A stretch of DNA of 64,000 nt. It comes from Blepharisma stoltei ATCC 30299 (taxonomy: Eukaryota; Protista; Ciliophora). Positions 23,948-36,919 of this stretch are shown here, piece after piece. The position numbers were made by a program, and so were the translations under genes. The stretch covers positions 682,001 to 746,000 of the forward strand of contig CBFDEM010000057.1 of assembly GCA_965603825.1 (NCBI GenBank), given 5' to 3'. Within the stretch, counting starts at the first letter, position 1, and every line of letters begins with the position of its first letter. The notes below the pieces were generated by a model, which worked only from the letters and a program-made list of their open reading frames with translations, was not told the origin of the DNA and searched no databases.

Positions 23948-25408
23948 TTAACTAGTTTTACTTGGATCATTATTTATCTGGCGGGCCAAATAAATTTCTT
24001 TTGACTTTGCTTGAAAATCTTTAATCGTCAGTGGCACGTTTTCTTCAGTCTCTACATCCTCCACAATATTATCAGCCTGTAAAAGTTCGCTTAAAAACTT
24101 CGGTACTTCTTTATCAGTCTTACTGGGCAGATCATCAGCTAAAATCGCTGACAAAGCAGCTCCTTTTTTCCCATTTTCATAGGCAAGATGCGTAATCAGG
24201 CTGCTCAAGTACTCTTCTAATTCTCCCAAATACTGCTCCACATTTTGTTCATTTACCAAAAACCCTTCATCTCTGGTCAGTTTTTTATTGAATTCCAAGG
24301 TAAAATTGCACTCTTCGAATTCCTTGATCATTTCTTCAACAGGCTCTTGGATTGAGCTGATTTCGTCTTTCAATGACTGGATTTCTTCTTGAGTTGACTG
24401 TTTTTCTTCATTAAGTTGCCTTATTTGGTCATTTAGCTCAGTTGCCACTGCAATATTTGACGACTTTTCTTGATCTAAAATGTTTCGTAATTGTTCATAA
24501 TGCTTAGATAAGTACTGATATCTTTCTTCTAAGCCGTCAAGTTCTGTATTTAAAGAGTTTACATAAGAATAAAGCGCATAATGCTGCTCTTCACTTTTAA
24601 TAAAGGCTGTGACCATTTCGTCAATATCGTCAATCCCAGTCGCTTCTCTGATTTGGTTAAAAGCATCACTTAGGATCCTTATGTTTTTATGGTATTGATC
24701 CACCACTCTTTTGCGTTCTTTACAAGCTGATGACCATTTATTATACAAAGCTTCCAAAACTGTGTGAGGATCCACAGCATCTTCACTATTTCCTTTGCCG
24801 TCTGGGCTTGTTAATGTATTTGCAATCTCTTTTACAGCTGCATTTTGTTTTTTTCTGTCTTCTTCAATTACACTCTGCATAGCTGTAAATTGGCTTTGAA
24901 GCTGGGCGATCTCGTCTTCAGCTTTTGCTTTTAATTTCAGCATTTTCAACTTGTATTTTTCTTCTGCTTTTGAGCTTTCTAAGTGCTCTTTATTGCATTT
25001 TTCAGCTTCACGGGCTTTGTCAATGAGCTCTTGTTCCATGTTGTCGAACATTTCAAGGTAGGCTTGTTTTTCACGTCTGAGGACATTGATTTTTTCTCTC
25101 AGCTCTTTGTTTTTGGACTGCATGTCGTTAAGCTTGACCATTTCTTGCTGCAGGTTGCTTTCAAGGGTCCTTATTTTTACTTCAAGCCGCCTTTCTTCTT
25201 TTACTGAAGGAAGCTTAGCTTGGAGCTCGTCTTTTTTGGCTCGGACTTCTTTGGACATGTGGCCGACTTGTTCGTCTAAGCTGGCGTTTCTTCGACGTTG
25301 CTGCTCTAACTTGTGGGTGAAGTTATCGACTTCTCGTTGGAGGCGGTCACTTTCGCTTTCTAATAAGCGAGACTTGCCATGCATATAGGAGAGATCAAGG
25401 TTTGACAT
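23948..25408 (-). CDS. outer dynein arm docking complex subunit (ODAD1/CCDC114/CCDC63-like)
   Basis: Coiled coil with NKELREKINVLRREK and AFNQIREATGIDDIDEMVTAFIKSEEQHYALYSYVNSLN. Confidence 0.8.
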   Translation of the reverse strand: MSNLDLSYMHGKSRLLESESDRLQREVDNFTHKLEQQRRRNASLDEQVGHMSKEVRAKKDELQAKLPSVKEERRLEVKIRTLESNLQQEMVKLNDMQSKNKELREKINVLRREKQAYLEMFDNMEQELIDKAREAEKCNKEHLESSKAEEKYKLKMLKLKAKAEDEIAQLQSQFTAMQSVIEEDRKKQNAAVKEIANTLTSPDGKGNSEDAVDPHTVLEALYNKWSSACKERKRVVDQYHKNIRILSDAFNQIREATGIDDIDEMVTAFIKSEEQHYALYSYVNSLNTELDGLEERYQYLSKHYEQLRNILDQEKSSNIAVATELNDQIRQLNEEKQSTQEEIQSLKDEISSIQEPVEEMIKEFEECNFTLEFNKKLTRDEGFLVNEQNVEQYLGELEEYLSSLITHLAYENGKKGAALSAILADDLPSKTDKEVPKFLSELLQADNIVEDVETEENVPLTIKDFQAKSKEIYLARQINNDPSKTS

Positions 25409-25647
25409 AACTGATAATTAAAATGATATTTAATTTATGAATATTTGTGATTGGGTGGAATTTGAAGGAAGTATAAGTAGATTACTTCAAGGGAGAATTT
25501 TTTAACTGATTTTATTAATAGAGAAGGAGATATAGAGCAGCTATGTTGAGAGAAAAAGATATAGGGGTTTGAGAATGAGCTATAAATTCAATTTCATAAA
25601 TTAATGGCTTGCTAGGCCAATTTTTCTATTATTTTATTGAGCTTAAA

Positions 25648-26479
25648 ATGTATGGAATAACGCATTCAAATCACTCCTCTGAAGGAGGCACTTATGATAC
25701 GTTAGAATTCAGCGAAACTCCTAGCAGAATAAAACTTCAAAAACTATCTAGCAAGCTTATAAGCTACCAAACTGGCATCGAGTCTGAAAAACAAGCACAA
25801 GCTGACTCATTTAAATATAGGATGCACCAGCTTGAGGATAAGCTCTCAAAAATTCAGCTATCTGACGACTCAAAATTTTCTGTAATTTCTTACCCAGGTC
25901 CTCAAAGACCAGCTCAGTAAAATCCAAGAAAATCTTTCAACCGAACATCTAGCTCTCGAAATCCTTGACGAGCGTAAAGTAAAAGAGCTTAAATTATGCG
26001 AAAATAACACCCACATCAACCTATCCTTAGAAAGACAAGGCCGAAAAGAGCAAGAAGTAAAATTATTGAAAAATATTGAAGACAAATTTTTTGAAATAAA
26101 AATAGAAGTAGCAAAAGAAAAAAAAATCAGGGAAGAAAAAGAAGAAGAAAAAAACGCAGAATTCGGGGAACAACTGGAAACGTTACAAGGGGAAATTGAA
26201 AATGAAATGAGGACGAGAGAAGATGGGTATGATAAAATTATAAAAAATATTGGAAGTGAGCTGCAAAGATGCTATAGTGAGCTGGAAGTAGATAAAAAGA
26301 AAAGAGAAGAAGAGCATACGATTTATGCGAAATTTATTAATGAGATGAAAGCCAGGGTTAAGAATGAGATTAATTTGGAGAAAAAAGAAAGAGAAGCGAC
26401 AGAGGAGACCTTGATAAGATTGCTAGAAGAGACATGCCAGAAGGTTGAGACGGGGATAGGGCCAAAGCGATATTTTTAA
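25648..26479 (+). CDS. SF-assemblin/beta-giardin-like coiled-coil protein
   Basis: ATG 25648; removal of the 16-nt intron 25882-25897 joins the frame of ORF 26066-26479; EKKEREATEETLIRLLEETC motif. Confidence 0.75.
25882..25897 (+). other. 16-nt spliceosomal intron
   Basis: GTAATTTCTTACCCAG; A at position 11; required for the frame change. Confidence 0.88.
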
Positions 26480-26577
26480 TTTAAATTTTTAAACAGATAA
26501 ATTACTGTTGTAGCTTCACATTATTAAACCTGAATAATTCTAAAGAAGTTTAGGATTCAATCATTTACTTATTAATT

Positions 26578-28284
26578 TTAATCCTCATCAGAATAATTAG
26601 CTGTCTCTGATTGCTCTGGATCAACTTCTATATCCAAAGGTAAAGAAACGCCTGCACCAAGATACGAATCTGAAATCGCATTGACTTCCAAAGATATTTT
26701 GTTATTTTTAAAAGAAGGAAAATCATCTTTCGCATGAAACCTAAAACCTTCATGAACTGTAATTTTATCAATAGCTTCTAAAGATCTCACATAATAGATT
26801 TGTCCTGTTTTAGGATCGCTAATAAGTACCCAATATTTTTCATTTTTCATAAATGGAAGCCAAGAGTGGACTTGCCCAGTTTTTTCGTTTTCCTTTATAT
26901 TTGCTTTATTAATAATAATACTAACAGTTACAATATCTCCATATCTTATATCTTCTTCATCTTTTACACACGCAGAAACACTGGCTTCCATTTCTGGAAA
27001 ATATTGCAAAGACAGTTTTACATCTTCCAAACTTTTTATCTGAAAATTCTGCAAAACATCCAAATTTTTCTTTAAATCAGAAATAGTGTTAATTCTTTTG
27101 GTTTTTAAATTATTGATGATTTTTGAATCGTTTAGATAAGGAACCATTCGCAATTCATTAGAATTCTCAGGCAAGCCTTGTGTGATACATTGAGAAACTT
27201 CGATGATTTTTTTAAATAAATTGATTTTAGAGACTTTGGAGTCTTTGACGTAAACTGAGAGAATAAACCCAAGCTCAATAATGGAATTAAGAATATTCGG
27301 TGTGTGCAAAAGAATAAAGTCTTGCTGATTTTGAAGAGGAGCGGAAAGAGCCTTTCTATTTATATGTGAGAGTAATAATAGAACTGTTTTTAAATGAGAA
27401 ACACTTCAATCTTTTGATTTTTCTCTTAAAATTTCTGAAAATTCTGCCTTTATTTGTTCGATTTCTGTTTCCTCAATTAATGGGAGTTTACTAAACTCTT
27501 CGCTATTGGCTATAATGTACAGAATGTCAAGAAAATCTGAACTTGTATCTAATAGCTCGGCATAGATGTGCTTATTATTTTCAAACACTCCATTCTTATC
27601 TTTCTTTTGTCCGCAGCTGAGCCAAATTATGACACTAATAGGAATTCCTAATATCATAATTAAAAATCCTATTAAAACTGGGACTTTGTTTTCTGGATTC
27701 ACCAAAAACTCAGGCAGCCCTATTGAAAACTACATAAATTTTACAATTCTTCTTTGTGGCCCATCAGGATGGCCATATTTTATTAAATTTCTCTTAGCTT
27801 CTTCATTAGTAAGGGATTGATAAGCTTTGACTATTGTTATGTATTTTTCTTCATAATCTGGGTTTTTATCAGGGTGATACACTTTGCTTAATGACCTAAA
27901 CGCCGCTTTGATCTCTTTTTCAGAAGAACCCTCACCTATACCTAAAATCTCATAAGGGTCAAAAATTTCTTGTGGAGTTTGGTCAAGCTTAATTGACTCT
28001 ATCGTATACAAAAGCAAATACCCTACAGTAACTATATAAACCAGCTGGAAAACCCCCGCTTTTCCAAAAGTAGGCTTAACTCTGCATTTCTCCCTTTTAT
28101 CTTCACAAAAAGCACATATACACTGCTGCAGATTTTCATTCTTTTTTTCAGTTTGTTTTTTCTTAAAGATTTTGTACAAAATAAAGTGATACAAAACCGG
28201 CAGCAGCATTAACAGAAGGATTAAGGCAGAAAAATAAAGAAAAGCTGTGTCATCATGATTGATGCTTCTATATTGTTTAGGCAT
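26578..28284 (-). CDS. SEC63: translocon subunit Sec63 (TM, J-domain, Sec63/Brl domain)
   Basis: DDTAFLYF TM, FDPYEILG..YHPDKN, KYGHPDGP-(intron)-FSIGLPEFL, DSYLGA; intron 27730-27744 and TGA=Trp join three ORFs. Confidence 0.9.
27730..27744 (-). other. 15-nt spliceosomal intron
   Basis: minus strand GTAAAATTTATGTAG ends in an in-frame TAG; removal gives the conserved FSIGLP. Confidence 0.9.
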
Positions 28285-28291
28285 ATTTATA

Positions 28292-29593
28292 TTATTTTAA
28301 TCTAGTCTCATTTAATAATCCTTCCATATACGCTTTAAAATCGCTTTCCGATCTTTCGCCAATACAAAGCAAAGAAGTGTCTGTGGCTCTTGACATATAA
28401 ATTTGCTGCTCCACGACCATTTTGGTTAAAATATTATACTCTGTAGAGTCTTTGAATTTAGGGTAATAATCAAGCTGCAACTTATTGAAAGCTGCGTTTT
28501 TTGCTTTAATTACGGTGGAGATATCTAAATTTTGGTTGATTGCGAAGCTGTCTGTAATTTCTTCAACAATAAAATCCCCATGCTTGTCAAAGAAACTTTG
28601 CAGTTCATCATAATTGTGCCTTTGTTCTTGCTCATGTAAACAAATGACACATTTTATGTAAAATTGAAGCAAGTCTTCACCTTTGAATTTTATGTCACGA
28701 GAAACTGTGGATTGTCTGTCTTCTTTTACTAAGAAGGCATAGAATTTTTGGAAGCACTCGTCATTTTGTAAAATAAGGTCTAGGGAATCGAGCATTTCGA
28801 GAGTCAGAGTTGTTAAAGCGTTGGTTTCGGAGGTGGTGTAGGTAAGAATAATAGGGATTATAGAAGATCTAATCATAATCGCAACATCTCTAAAAATTGT
28901 TGGCACCAGCCATCTTCCACCATCACTCTGTGCAAAAATCGAAGACATCGGAGTAATTTGCCATAAAACCGCTACAAAAATCAGCTCACTCGTCATATTA
29001 AAATCATCATTAATATTTCTGATTGAAAAAACCATCATTATCAGTACCAGCTGCTCAATAAAACAAACCAAAACGTATATTCCCCCTGCTACTGCCTCCT
29101 GAGTTCCACTATCATGCTCATCTGCAATAGGCAGAAAATGCACAGCTGAGTTATAAGCTAGCAATACAATGCACAAAATCAAAACAGGTATCATCCCTAT
29201 AAACAGTCATTTCAGCAGTCATTTTCTTTTAATTTTATTCAAATTCTTTTTATAAGCTTCATTTGGGTCATTAATATTGTCAAGTTTAAACAGATAATAC
29301 AACCTAAAGCAGCGTAAAATGTAAGGAAGATATACAAGATAATGGGCTAAGACTAAGCCGCATTGCCTTAACTTCCACAAGTTGTCATCGACCTTATTCG
29401 AGTCTTCTCCATCTTGTAAAGAAGTAGCTGTAGGGAGGATCAGGATGACCTCTATTAAGTTTGCTAGATGAGAAATGTACAGCAAGGTGGGAGATCTACT
29501 TCGGATTTGGGGCTTTTTGGATCTGTAAAGTAAAAGAAACCAAATTGCTAAATATATTGCGCAGAGTATGGCAGATAAGATGTAGAATAACAT
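28292..29593 (-). CDS. multi-pass (7TM-like) membrane protein with C-terminal RGS domain
   Basis: ORFs join via two TGA=Trp (KRK-W-LLK-W-LFIG); IRSRSPTLL, RCFRLYYLF, INDDFNMTSEL; RGS-like LDLILQNDECFQKFYAFL..EDLLQFYIKC..YYPKFKDSTEY. Confidence 0.75.
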
Positions 29594-29649
29594 TTATTAG
29601 GCTAGATAAATTATCATAATTGCCATTTAATATGACAAACTGGTAGACA

Positions 29650-30102
29650 TTAGAAAGTCAGTCTTGTCGAGGAATATCTCTTTGATAAGATTGTTGAGCC
29701 ACCAGTCCATTTTGAAGAGTCAAGAAAACGGCTTTTTTCTTTTGATTTTATTATTGCTATGCCTGCTGTTTTGTTTGCAAGGGCATTTATGACATGTCTG
29801 AGCTTAATAGGGGATACTTTTGTTAGATCTATGCGTCCTTCTTTTGATTTATTCCTGATAAGCCGATGAGTTTTAGAAAGAGATGATTTTTCATGGTCTG
29901 AGATTATTGTTCTTTGTCTTGTACCAAGACGAGCCACAGATCGCGCTCGGGTTGTAAAATTTATTTTATCTTGGGGCATAACTATTGATGGTACATGATC
30001 TGGATATAGCCTATTTTTAGATCATGTTTTCATTGGAGAAATTGCAGATTTACTTGCACTTCTTAAGAGCTCAATAGTTCCTTCAATATCATAACTACTC
30101 AT
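29650..30102 (-). CDS. hypothetical basic protein
   Basis: ATG 30102 (MSSYDIEG) reads through one TGA into ORF 29650-29979. Confidence 0.65.
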
Positions 30103-30147
30103 TTTTCTCCTTTACTATATACTTAATAGAGTGTTAATCTTTATAAA

Positions 30148-30534
30148 ATGGCATTGCGAGGAATTCGATTTTGTAAAGAATGCGCTAACATCCTCTATGC
30201 TCGAGAACAATTTGACAATGAACGCGAAGAGCGTAGACTGATTTACTCCTGCAGGATTTGCGATTACACAGAAAAAGCAGTTAAAGCTGAAGATAATCTA
30301 GTCTATCACAGACAAGTACGAAGACTAGCTGAGCACGTAGACGCAGACTATAAAGATTATCCACTGGATCCTACACTTCCAAGGACGTTTGATATCGAGT
30401 GTCCCAGATGTGGATACAATGAAGCTGTTTTTTTCCACGCAGAGACTGAAAGTGGAGAGTCAGGGATGAGGCTTACGTATGTGTGTTGCAATAGAAGTGA
30501 AGAAAGGGCTTGTGGATATTCGTGGCAAACTTAA
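30148..30534 (+). CDS. RPB9: RNA polymerase II subunit RPB9
   Basis: IRFCKECANILY..YSCRICDY..DPTLPRT..CPRCGYNEAVFF..LTYVCC..CGYSW. Confidence 0.92.
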   Translation: MALRGIRFCKECANILYAREQFDNEREERRLIYSCRICDYTEKAVKAEDNLVYHRQVRRLAEHVDADYKDYPLDPTLPRTFDIECPRCGYNEAVFFHAETESGESGMRLTYVCCNRSEERACGYSWQT

Positions 30535-30588
30535 TAGATAATCACTTTTAATCATTAATGTGTTTTGATAATAGATTATATGTACGAG

Positions 30589-31389
30589 CTAATTCAATTT
30601 TTTTTTGAAAATATTGATCATCTGTATATCTTTTTTCTTCAATTTTTTAGCTCGGGTTCCTTCTCTACTGGTTAATGGAATTTTAATTTTGCTTTCAACA
30701 CTTTTTTTATACAGTTGATCGCAGCTATTCATAATTGAATGAAGCTGTTTCAAAGCTTTAGCTTTTTTCTGACCAACATCCGAAGTAATGATAAGTCTTG
30801 ATGTTTTGGCTTTCAAAGCGGGAAGTTCATCATTTTTCGAAACTTCATTTTGCTTTATAAATACTCGAGTTTGGGCATGCTGGTCCATTATATGTGGCTT
30901 ATCCGGGTTTGTAAATGAATTTGAAGACTTGGCAGCTTGCTGCAGATATTTATGCCGCATTATATTGGCAGCCTTTCGGAGCCGAGGACTAGATAGCAAT
31001 CTTTGTGTTAATTTTTGTCCTCATAAATCCGCCAGTGTAATTGTCTTTCTTTTTGGTGTATGCTCTGCATTTGGATCTATACCTTGCAACAGTGGTTTCA
31101 ATTCTAGATCATTATATATCCCAAATTCTTCAAATACAGCCATAGCTTTGGAGGTTTTCTGGATCAGACGGTCGCTGATTGGAGAATCTTCGAAATTTTC
31201 TTGGGTCGAGAATATTGTTTCCCATGGTTTTTTATTTTGCAAGAAATTATTGGAGAAGGTATCATTCCCATTGCATGGGGAATTTCCTGCAGATTTATTG
31301 TTTACAGTCAACGCTGATTTAGTTAAGTGTTTGTGATAGGGCACTCTCAGATGATCTTTTTCAGTTTTTAATGCTTTTTCTTGCTCCAT
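30589..31389 (-). CDS. hypothetical protein
   Basis: ORFs 31021-31389 and 30589-30999 join in frame via TGA=Trp. Confidence 0.7.
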
Positions 31390-31696
31390 AAGTTATTAAA
31401 TTTATCAGCTGGCACAATTTGTTATTTGTTTTTTCCTTTACGAACTGATAAAAAAATTTAAATTTATTAAGGCTAATTGATTCTTTTTTATTATGATTCA
31501 AGCTCATATCTTACAGGTATCATCATTTTCTTGATTAGTTCTAATTTAGCTTTTGCCCTGGTTTGATTATTTGAAATTGCAAGTGCTGTTACTGTAGACG
31601 ATTGTGATAAAAATCTCAAACTCCTGTCTTGCTGACGTCTAGTTTCAATATTTGCTGGTTTTGAAGGCATATTTATTAGAATTTACAATAAATCTA

Positions 31697-32668
31697 TTAC
31701 CACTCGAAAAATGGATCATCTATCTTTTTCATTGCAGCTGGGACTTCAAACGAGTCAGGATATTTCTGATGACTATGGTTTCTTTCAGGGCTTACAATTG
31801 GAGGCAAAAAAGGTGCTGGAAGCTGCTTCGTCATTAAGCCTTGCCAATCAAACCCTGCAAAAAACCTATGATTTTTTATGTCTCTAGTACCTCTTTTTAA
31901 ATTTCCATACCGTTTTGATAAATCTTTGACTAATAAATGCTTTATTAAGCTTTTTGCATACCTATCAAAATTTCGAGGGAAAGCAAGCTTTACTTTGACG
32001 ATGTTTTGGAATATTTCCATTGTGTCATCATCTGCAAATGGGTCAACCCCAGTTAAAAGCTCATAAAGAAAAACCCCAAAAGCTCACCAGTCAACTGCTT
32101 TTCCGTGCCCTTGGTTTAATAGCACTTCGGGAGCCATATAATTTGGAGTCCCACATAATGTATAAGTCCTTCCCGGGACAATTTTTGAGAAGCCAAAATC
32201 AACGAGTTTTATATATCCATCAAAATTGATTAGAATATTTTCTGGCTTTAAGTCTCTATAAATAATATTCTTGGAGTGAAGGTACTCAAAAATGACGACA
32301 ACTTGAGCTGAATAAAACCTTGCTTCTCTTAATTCAAAATAGCCACTTGAGCGAAGCAAATGGTATAATTCGCCTCCAGGTACATATTCCACTACAAAAT
32401 AAATATATCGAGAATCTTGATGCATAGAGATGAAATTGTTAACAAAAGGATGATTAAAAGTCTTTGAAATGTTCATTTCATTTCGGATGTGAATTTCTTG
32501 CTTTTTTCTAATGATTTCTACTTTTTTAAAAATTTTGACAGCAAAATAAATATTTTCTTTTTTTGCAAGTTTGACGACCCCATATGCCCCTTTTCCAAGT
32601 GTGTGTAAAAGTTGGTAGCCTGGCATGTCTAAAAATTTCTCTTTTATTTGTGGAGGCTGGCTATTCAT
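31697..32668 (-). CDS. cAMP-dependent protein kinase catalytic subunit-like (AGC kinase)
   Basis: GKGAYG, YRDLKPEN, DFGFSK, TYTLCGTPNYMAPE, GHGKAVDW-W (TGG TGA), RYGNLKRG, C-terminal DDPFFEW. Confidence 0.9.
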
Positions 32669-33100
32669 TTCTATCTTTATTCCATTTTTGAAAATAAAAG
32701 AAGGAGAGAAATTAGAAGATTCAATTATAAAAGAAGACGCTTAATTAGGCAAATAACTGTTTTGCTTTTATGTATGGAAAAATGATAAAACCCTAGTAAT
32801 AGTTCTATATGATACAATGCTTTGATTAAAAAATACTATAAATAGATTAGACTTTTATAAACAATTTTCTACAGTGAGAATCAGAATTTATAGCAAGAAT
32901 ATTGACTTCAAGAATTCACTAATTCGATGAAGTAATCTATTTTGAGCTTGCCTGCATTATTCCACAGCATAGCCTATAAGAATGAATTTTATTCTTCTGA
33001 TACTTTTATGTGTCACTCTATAAGCTTATATTTAGGATGAAAATTAAAATCTCTACAAGTTTAAGATTAAATACCAATAATAATTTCATTTACCCAAATA

Positions 33101-35803
33101 ATGCTTTCAAGAATCTCAGCTTCAGATTGGCTAAATCCAAGTCCAAACGTAAAAAAAGCATTGGGCTTGCTTTTAATTGGTGGTGTCACAGCATATGCAA
33201 TTTATTCATACAAAAATTGAAGAGCTTCTTCTCAGAAAAATGAAGCTATAGATTGTCTCACATCTTCAGATGCTGCCATAAGGTCCCAAAATATTTCAAA
33301 TGTTGAATATTATTTGAAGCTTAACACCCAAAAAGGAACATCATACTGAGGCTGCTGCACAATTATTTTCAAAATAATTAACCCTCAAATTCCAACATTT
33401 TTAGATTTCGAAGGAGATGAAATTTTATCAATTCTTATTAACGGCCAAGAATGCAACGCCTGCAGGACAGTTGGAAAAATTTACTTAAAAAATTTGCAAG
33501 TTGGAGTAAATAGTGTAGAAATTCGCTACAAGAATAAATATTCAAAAGATGGAAATGGGTTGCATAGATATGTGGACACAATAGATGGTGAAGAATATTT
33601 AAATACGCAATTTGAGCCTTTTTATGCTCATAGGATGTTTCCTTGCTTTGATCAGCCAGATATAAAAGCCATACTAATCTTGTCTGTCAAATGTCCAGCA
33701 TACTGAAAAGTAATTTCAAATGAGCCTATCAGAAAAATAGAAAATTCTCCAGCAGTAAACGATTCAATTTATTTATACGGCAATGATGATTGCCAATTAA
33801 TAACATTTAGCTCCACAGACAGAATAAGCACTTATTTATATGCCTTATGCGCTGGCCCATTTTTGGAATTCAGAAAAGATGATAATGAACTAAACATCCC
33901 AATAGGCTTTTATTGTAAAAAAAGTTTAGAAAATCAATTTAACGTTGACGTACATTTAAATTGGACAATAAGGAGCTTTAAATTTTACCAAGAATTTTTT
34001 GGGATTCTTTACCCATTTAAAAAATACGACCAAATGTTCCTTTCTGAAATGAATTATGGGGCTATGGAAAATGTAGGATGCGTCACATATCGAGAGCATT
34101 ATTTAAATCTTCTATCAAGCATTAAAAAATGTAAGGTTGGGAACGTATTTCTGCATGAAATGGCTCACATGTGGTTCGGAAACTTAGTTACTATGAAATG
34201 GTGAGATGATTTGTGGCTTAATGAAAGTTTTGCCACTTTTATGTCCCATTTAAACTATTCTCAATCATTAAATGACGAATTTTCTGACGTTTGGCTTGTC
34301 TTTTTAAGAAGAAAACGCTCCGCTTATGAACTAGACAGTATTAGTACATCTCATTCCATATGAACTCCTGTAGAAAACACATTAGAAACCACCACAAATT
34401 TTGACGCAATTTCCTATAATAAAGGCTCATCAGTCTTAAAGCAGCTGCACTATGTTTTAGGCCCTGAAATATTCCAAAAAGGAGTCAGAGCTTATTTAAA
34501 CTCTTTTAAGTACCAAAATGCTAAATTTGATGATTTAATCAATGCATTGAATTTTGAAGCAAAACAAAATAACCTAAAAATTGATCTGAAAGAATGGGCT
34601 CAAAGGTGGGTAAAAACCATTGGTGTTAATTCTCTTACCCCTGAGCTTGAAATTGAAGATGGAAAAATTCGCGAATTTAAGGTAAAGCAGCTGGGCAGCA
34701 CGCTATATCCGACGTTAAGAGACCATAAAATTTTGGTAGAGCTGTTTGACGATAATATGGAGTCAATTTGTAAAGAAGAAATTTTTATTGAGCCACATTA
34801 TAATACATTTTTTGGAAAAATGATAGGAAAAGCAGCTCCAAGTTGTGTGGTTTTAAATGTGGAGGATTATGGATACTGCAAAGTCAGATTTGATAAAATT
34901 TCACTGGAAAATATAAAATTAAAATTAGACAAAATTGGAAATAAGATGACGAGGATGCTGATTTTGTCTAATCTATATGAGATGGTAAGAGATTGTTTGA
35001 TGCCTGTGAACCAATTTTTAGAGGTCTGTGAGAATCAATTTGTGAAGGAAGAAGTCGAAATAATTGAAAGCTATATATTAGAAATAGCTCATGATGCAAT
35101 TACAAATTGGGTTGAAAAACAGTCTGAGAAGGTAAAATTCTATACTTTTTTTTTCCATGAAATTTTGAAAAAATTGTCAGAAAAGCCTAATCTTAGAGAA
35201 CTAAGATATAAACTGTTTAGGTTTATTCAGAAAAAAGACGATATAGTTCTTGCTGTCTCTTGGATTAAATCTAGCAGTGACGAGCCTGGCCTTAAGTTAA
35301 CAATTGATGAAAGTTGGGCTGTTTTGAAGGCATATTCATCAATTTTAAAAGGTGAAAAAACACTTATTGAAGAGTTCAAGGAAAATGATAAAACATCAAC
35401 TGGAGTGCTTGCATATAGTTATTGCTTAGCAGCATATCCAGAAAATAAAGAAGCCACTTGGAATAAAATACTTTTTGAAGGTCCTGAAATGTCTGCACAT
35501 CATAGACGTGCTATTATGACTGGATTCATGATTAAATATCAGAAAAAAATCCTTCAATTCTACACCAATCGCTACTTTAAAACTATCACTTCAATAATCA
35601 AAACCCACGATCTTCAATTTGTGCTTGATTTCTGCGAGCACTTATTCCCAAGTTTCGAGCCTGAAGGATTTTTGATTTCTGAAATCAGAAAAATATTAAA
35701 GAAAATTCCTCAATCATTTTACCCAATTATTAGATTTTTCAATGAAAAGAAAAATAAATTGGAAATAAGCCAAAGAGTCAAATCTTTTTCACGAAATTCT
35801 TAA
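33101..35803 (+). CDS. M1 aminopeptidase N with N-terminal signal anchor (900 aa)
   Basis: ATG 33101; continuous with TGA=Trp; TQFEP..[52 protein letters not shown]. Confidence 0.9.
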
Positions 35804-35863
35804 TAAAAGGAATTAAAATAAGCTTCATATTAAAAAAATAAAATATAAACAAAATTTATTTAG

Positions 35864-36463
35864 TTAAAAAGGAGATGGGATATCTCGGTCTGATAATGCA
35901 GGGACTTCCCAATAAGAAGTTCTTCCGCTTTCCCATCCTCCTGATGCGTTTTTCATCACAGGTAAAGATCCTCTGCCTTCTTGAATCTTTAGTTCATAAA
36001 ATACTTTAAGAGTAGGATGTTTAAGAGATTTAGGATGTTTTGGATTTCTTTTGAAAAATAAAGGCTTGTATTGTTTTTCTTTAAAATTCATTCAGTAGCC
36101 TTTGGATTGTGGAGTATTTTTCTTGCCCTCATTGCTACTATATTTCCTTACATGCACAAAAGGCTTTAATTCCACTGAATCTTCAGTTGAGCTTCCAAAT
36201 GAACTTTCATGTCTTTTATTTGTCTGAGAATAAGATCTAGGCTTTAAGTTTTGGGTTAACACTGCACAAGGCCTATGAGATTCTCTAAGAGCAGAATTCC
36301 TTAACACAGAATATTCACCTGTTTTAATACTCATCTCTTCAATTGCTTTTATAGGACTTGTAACTTTTAGCGCTAAAAGTCTTGGTGGTGATTTGTAAGG
36401 GCAACTCGGAATAGATGAAGGACAAAAAGGACTGCTTTTGGATTTTTTGTGTTTTAAAATCAT
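35864..36463 (-). CDS. hypothetical protein
   Basis: Two ORFs abut in frame across the TGA at 36092-36094. Confidence 0.65.
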
Positions 36464-36919
36464 ATTAAATAATATATGCTTTTAAAATTTTGTTGAAGCT
36501 TTATTTAAATATTTTTTATATTATTTATTACAATTAAACAATTTCTTTACTCCATTACAGTGACAAGAATTTATAATTGAACCTTTGAATCATGATAATT
36601 AGGGTTTCTGTGAACGATAAAACCATATTTATGAATCCTAGATTTTGAAGTGTGTTATTCTTAAATAGTTAATTGAAACTCTTATGATTTTTATAATTAA
36701 TAATCATCAATCAAAGAAGTTTATACTCTTAAAATGCCATACCAGTAATATTCTATAATTATAACATAACCTATATGAATTTGGAAAGAATATTTCATTC
36801 TCAAAATTCCTATTGAAATCTCTATCACTTTTTCTCCTTTTATTCTTTCTAAATTTCCCCCTTTTCGCTTCTGACTGCCAAAATGCAACTCACTAAATAA
36901 AAGATTTTTTTAATAATTG

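Noticed and set aside
31488-31670. Short minus-strand coding-like segment (MPSKPANIETRRQQ..., then QNNQTRAKAKLELIKK... in another frame)
   Set aside because: No consensus GTA...AG intron joins the two frames, and it is too short to call.
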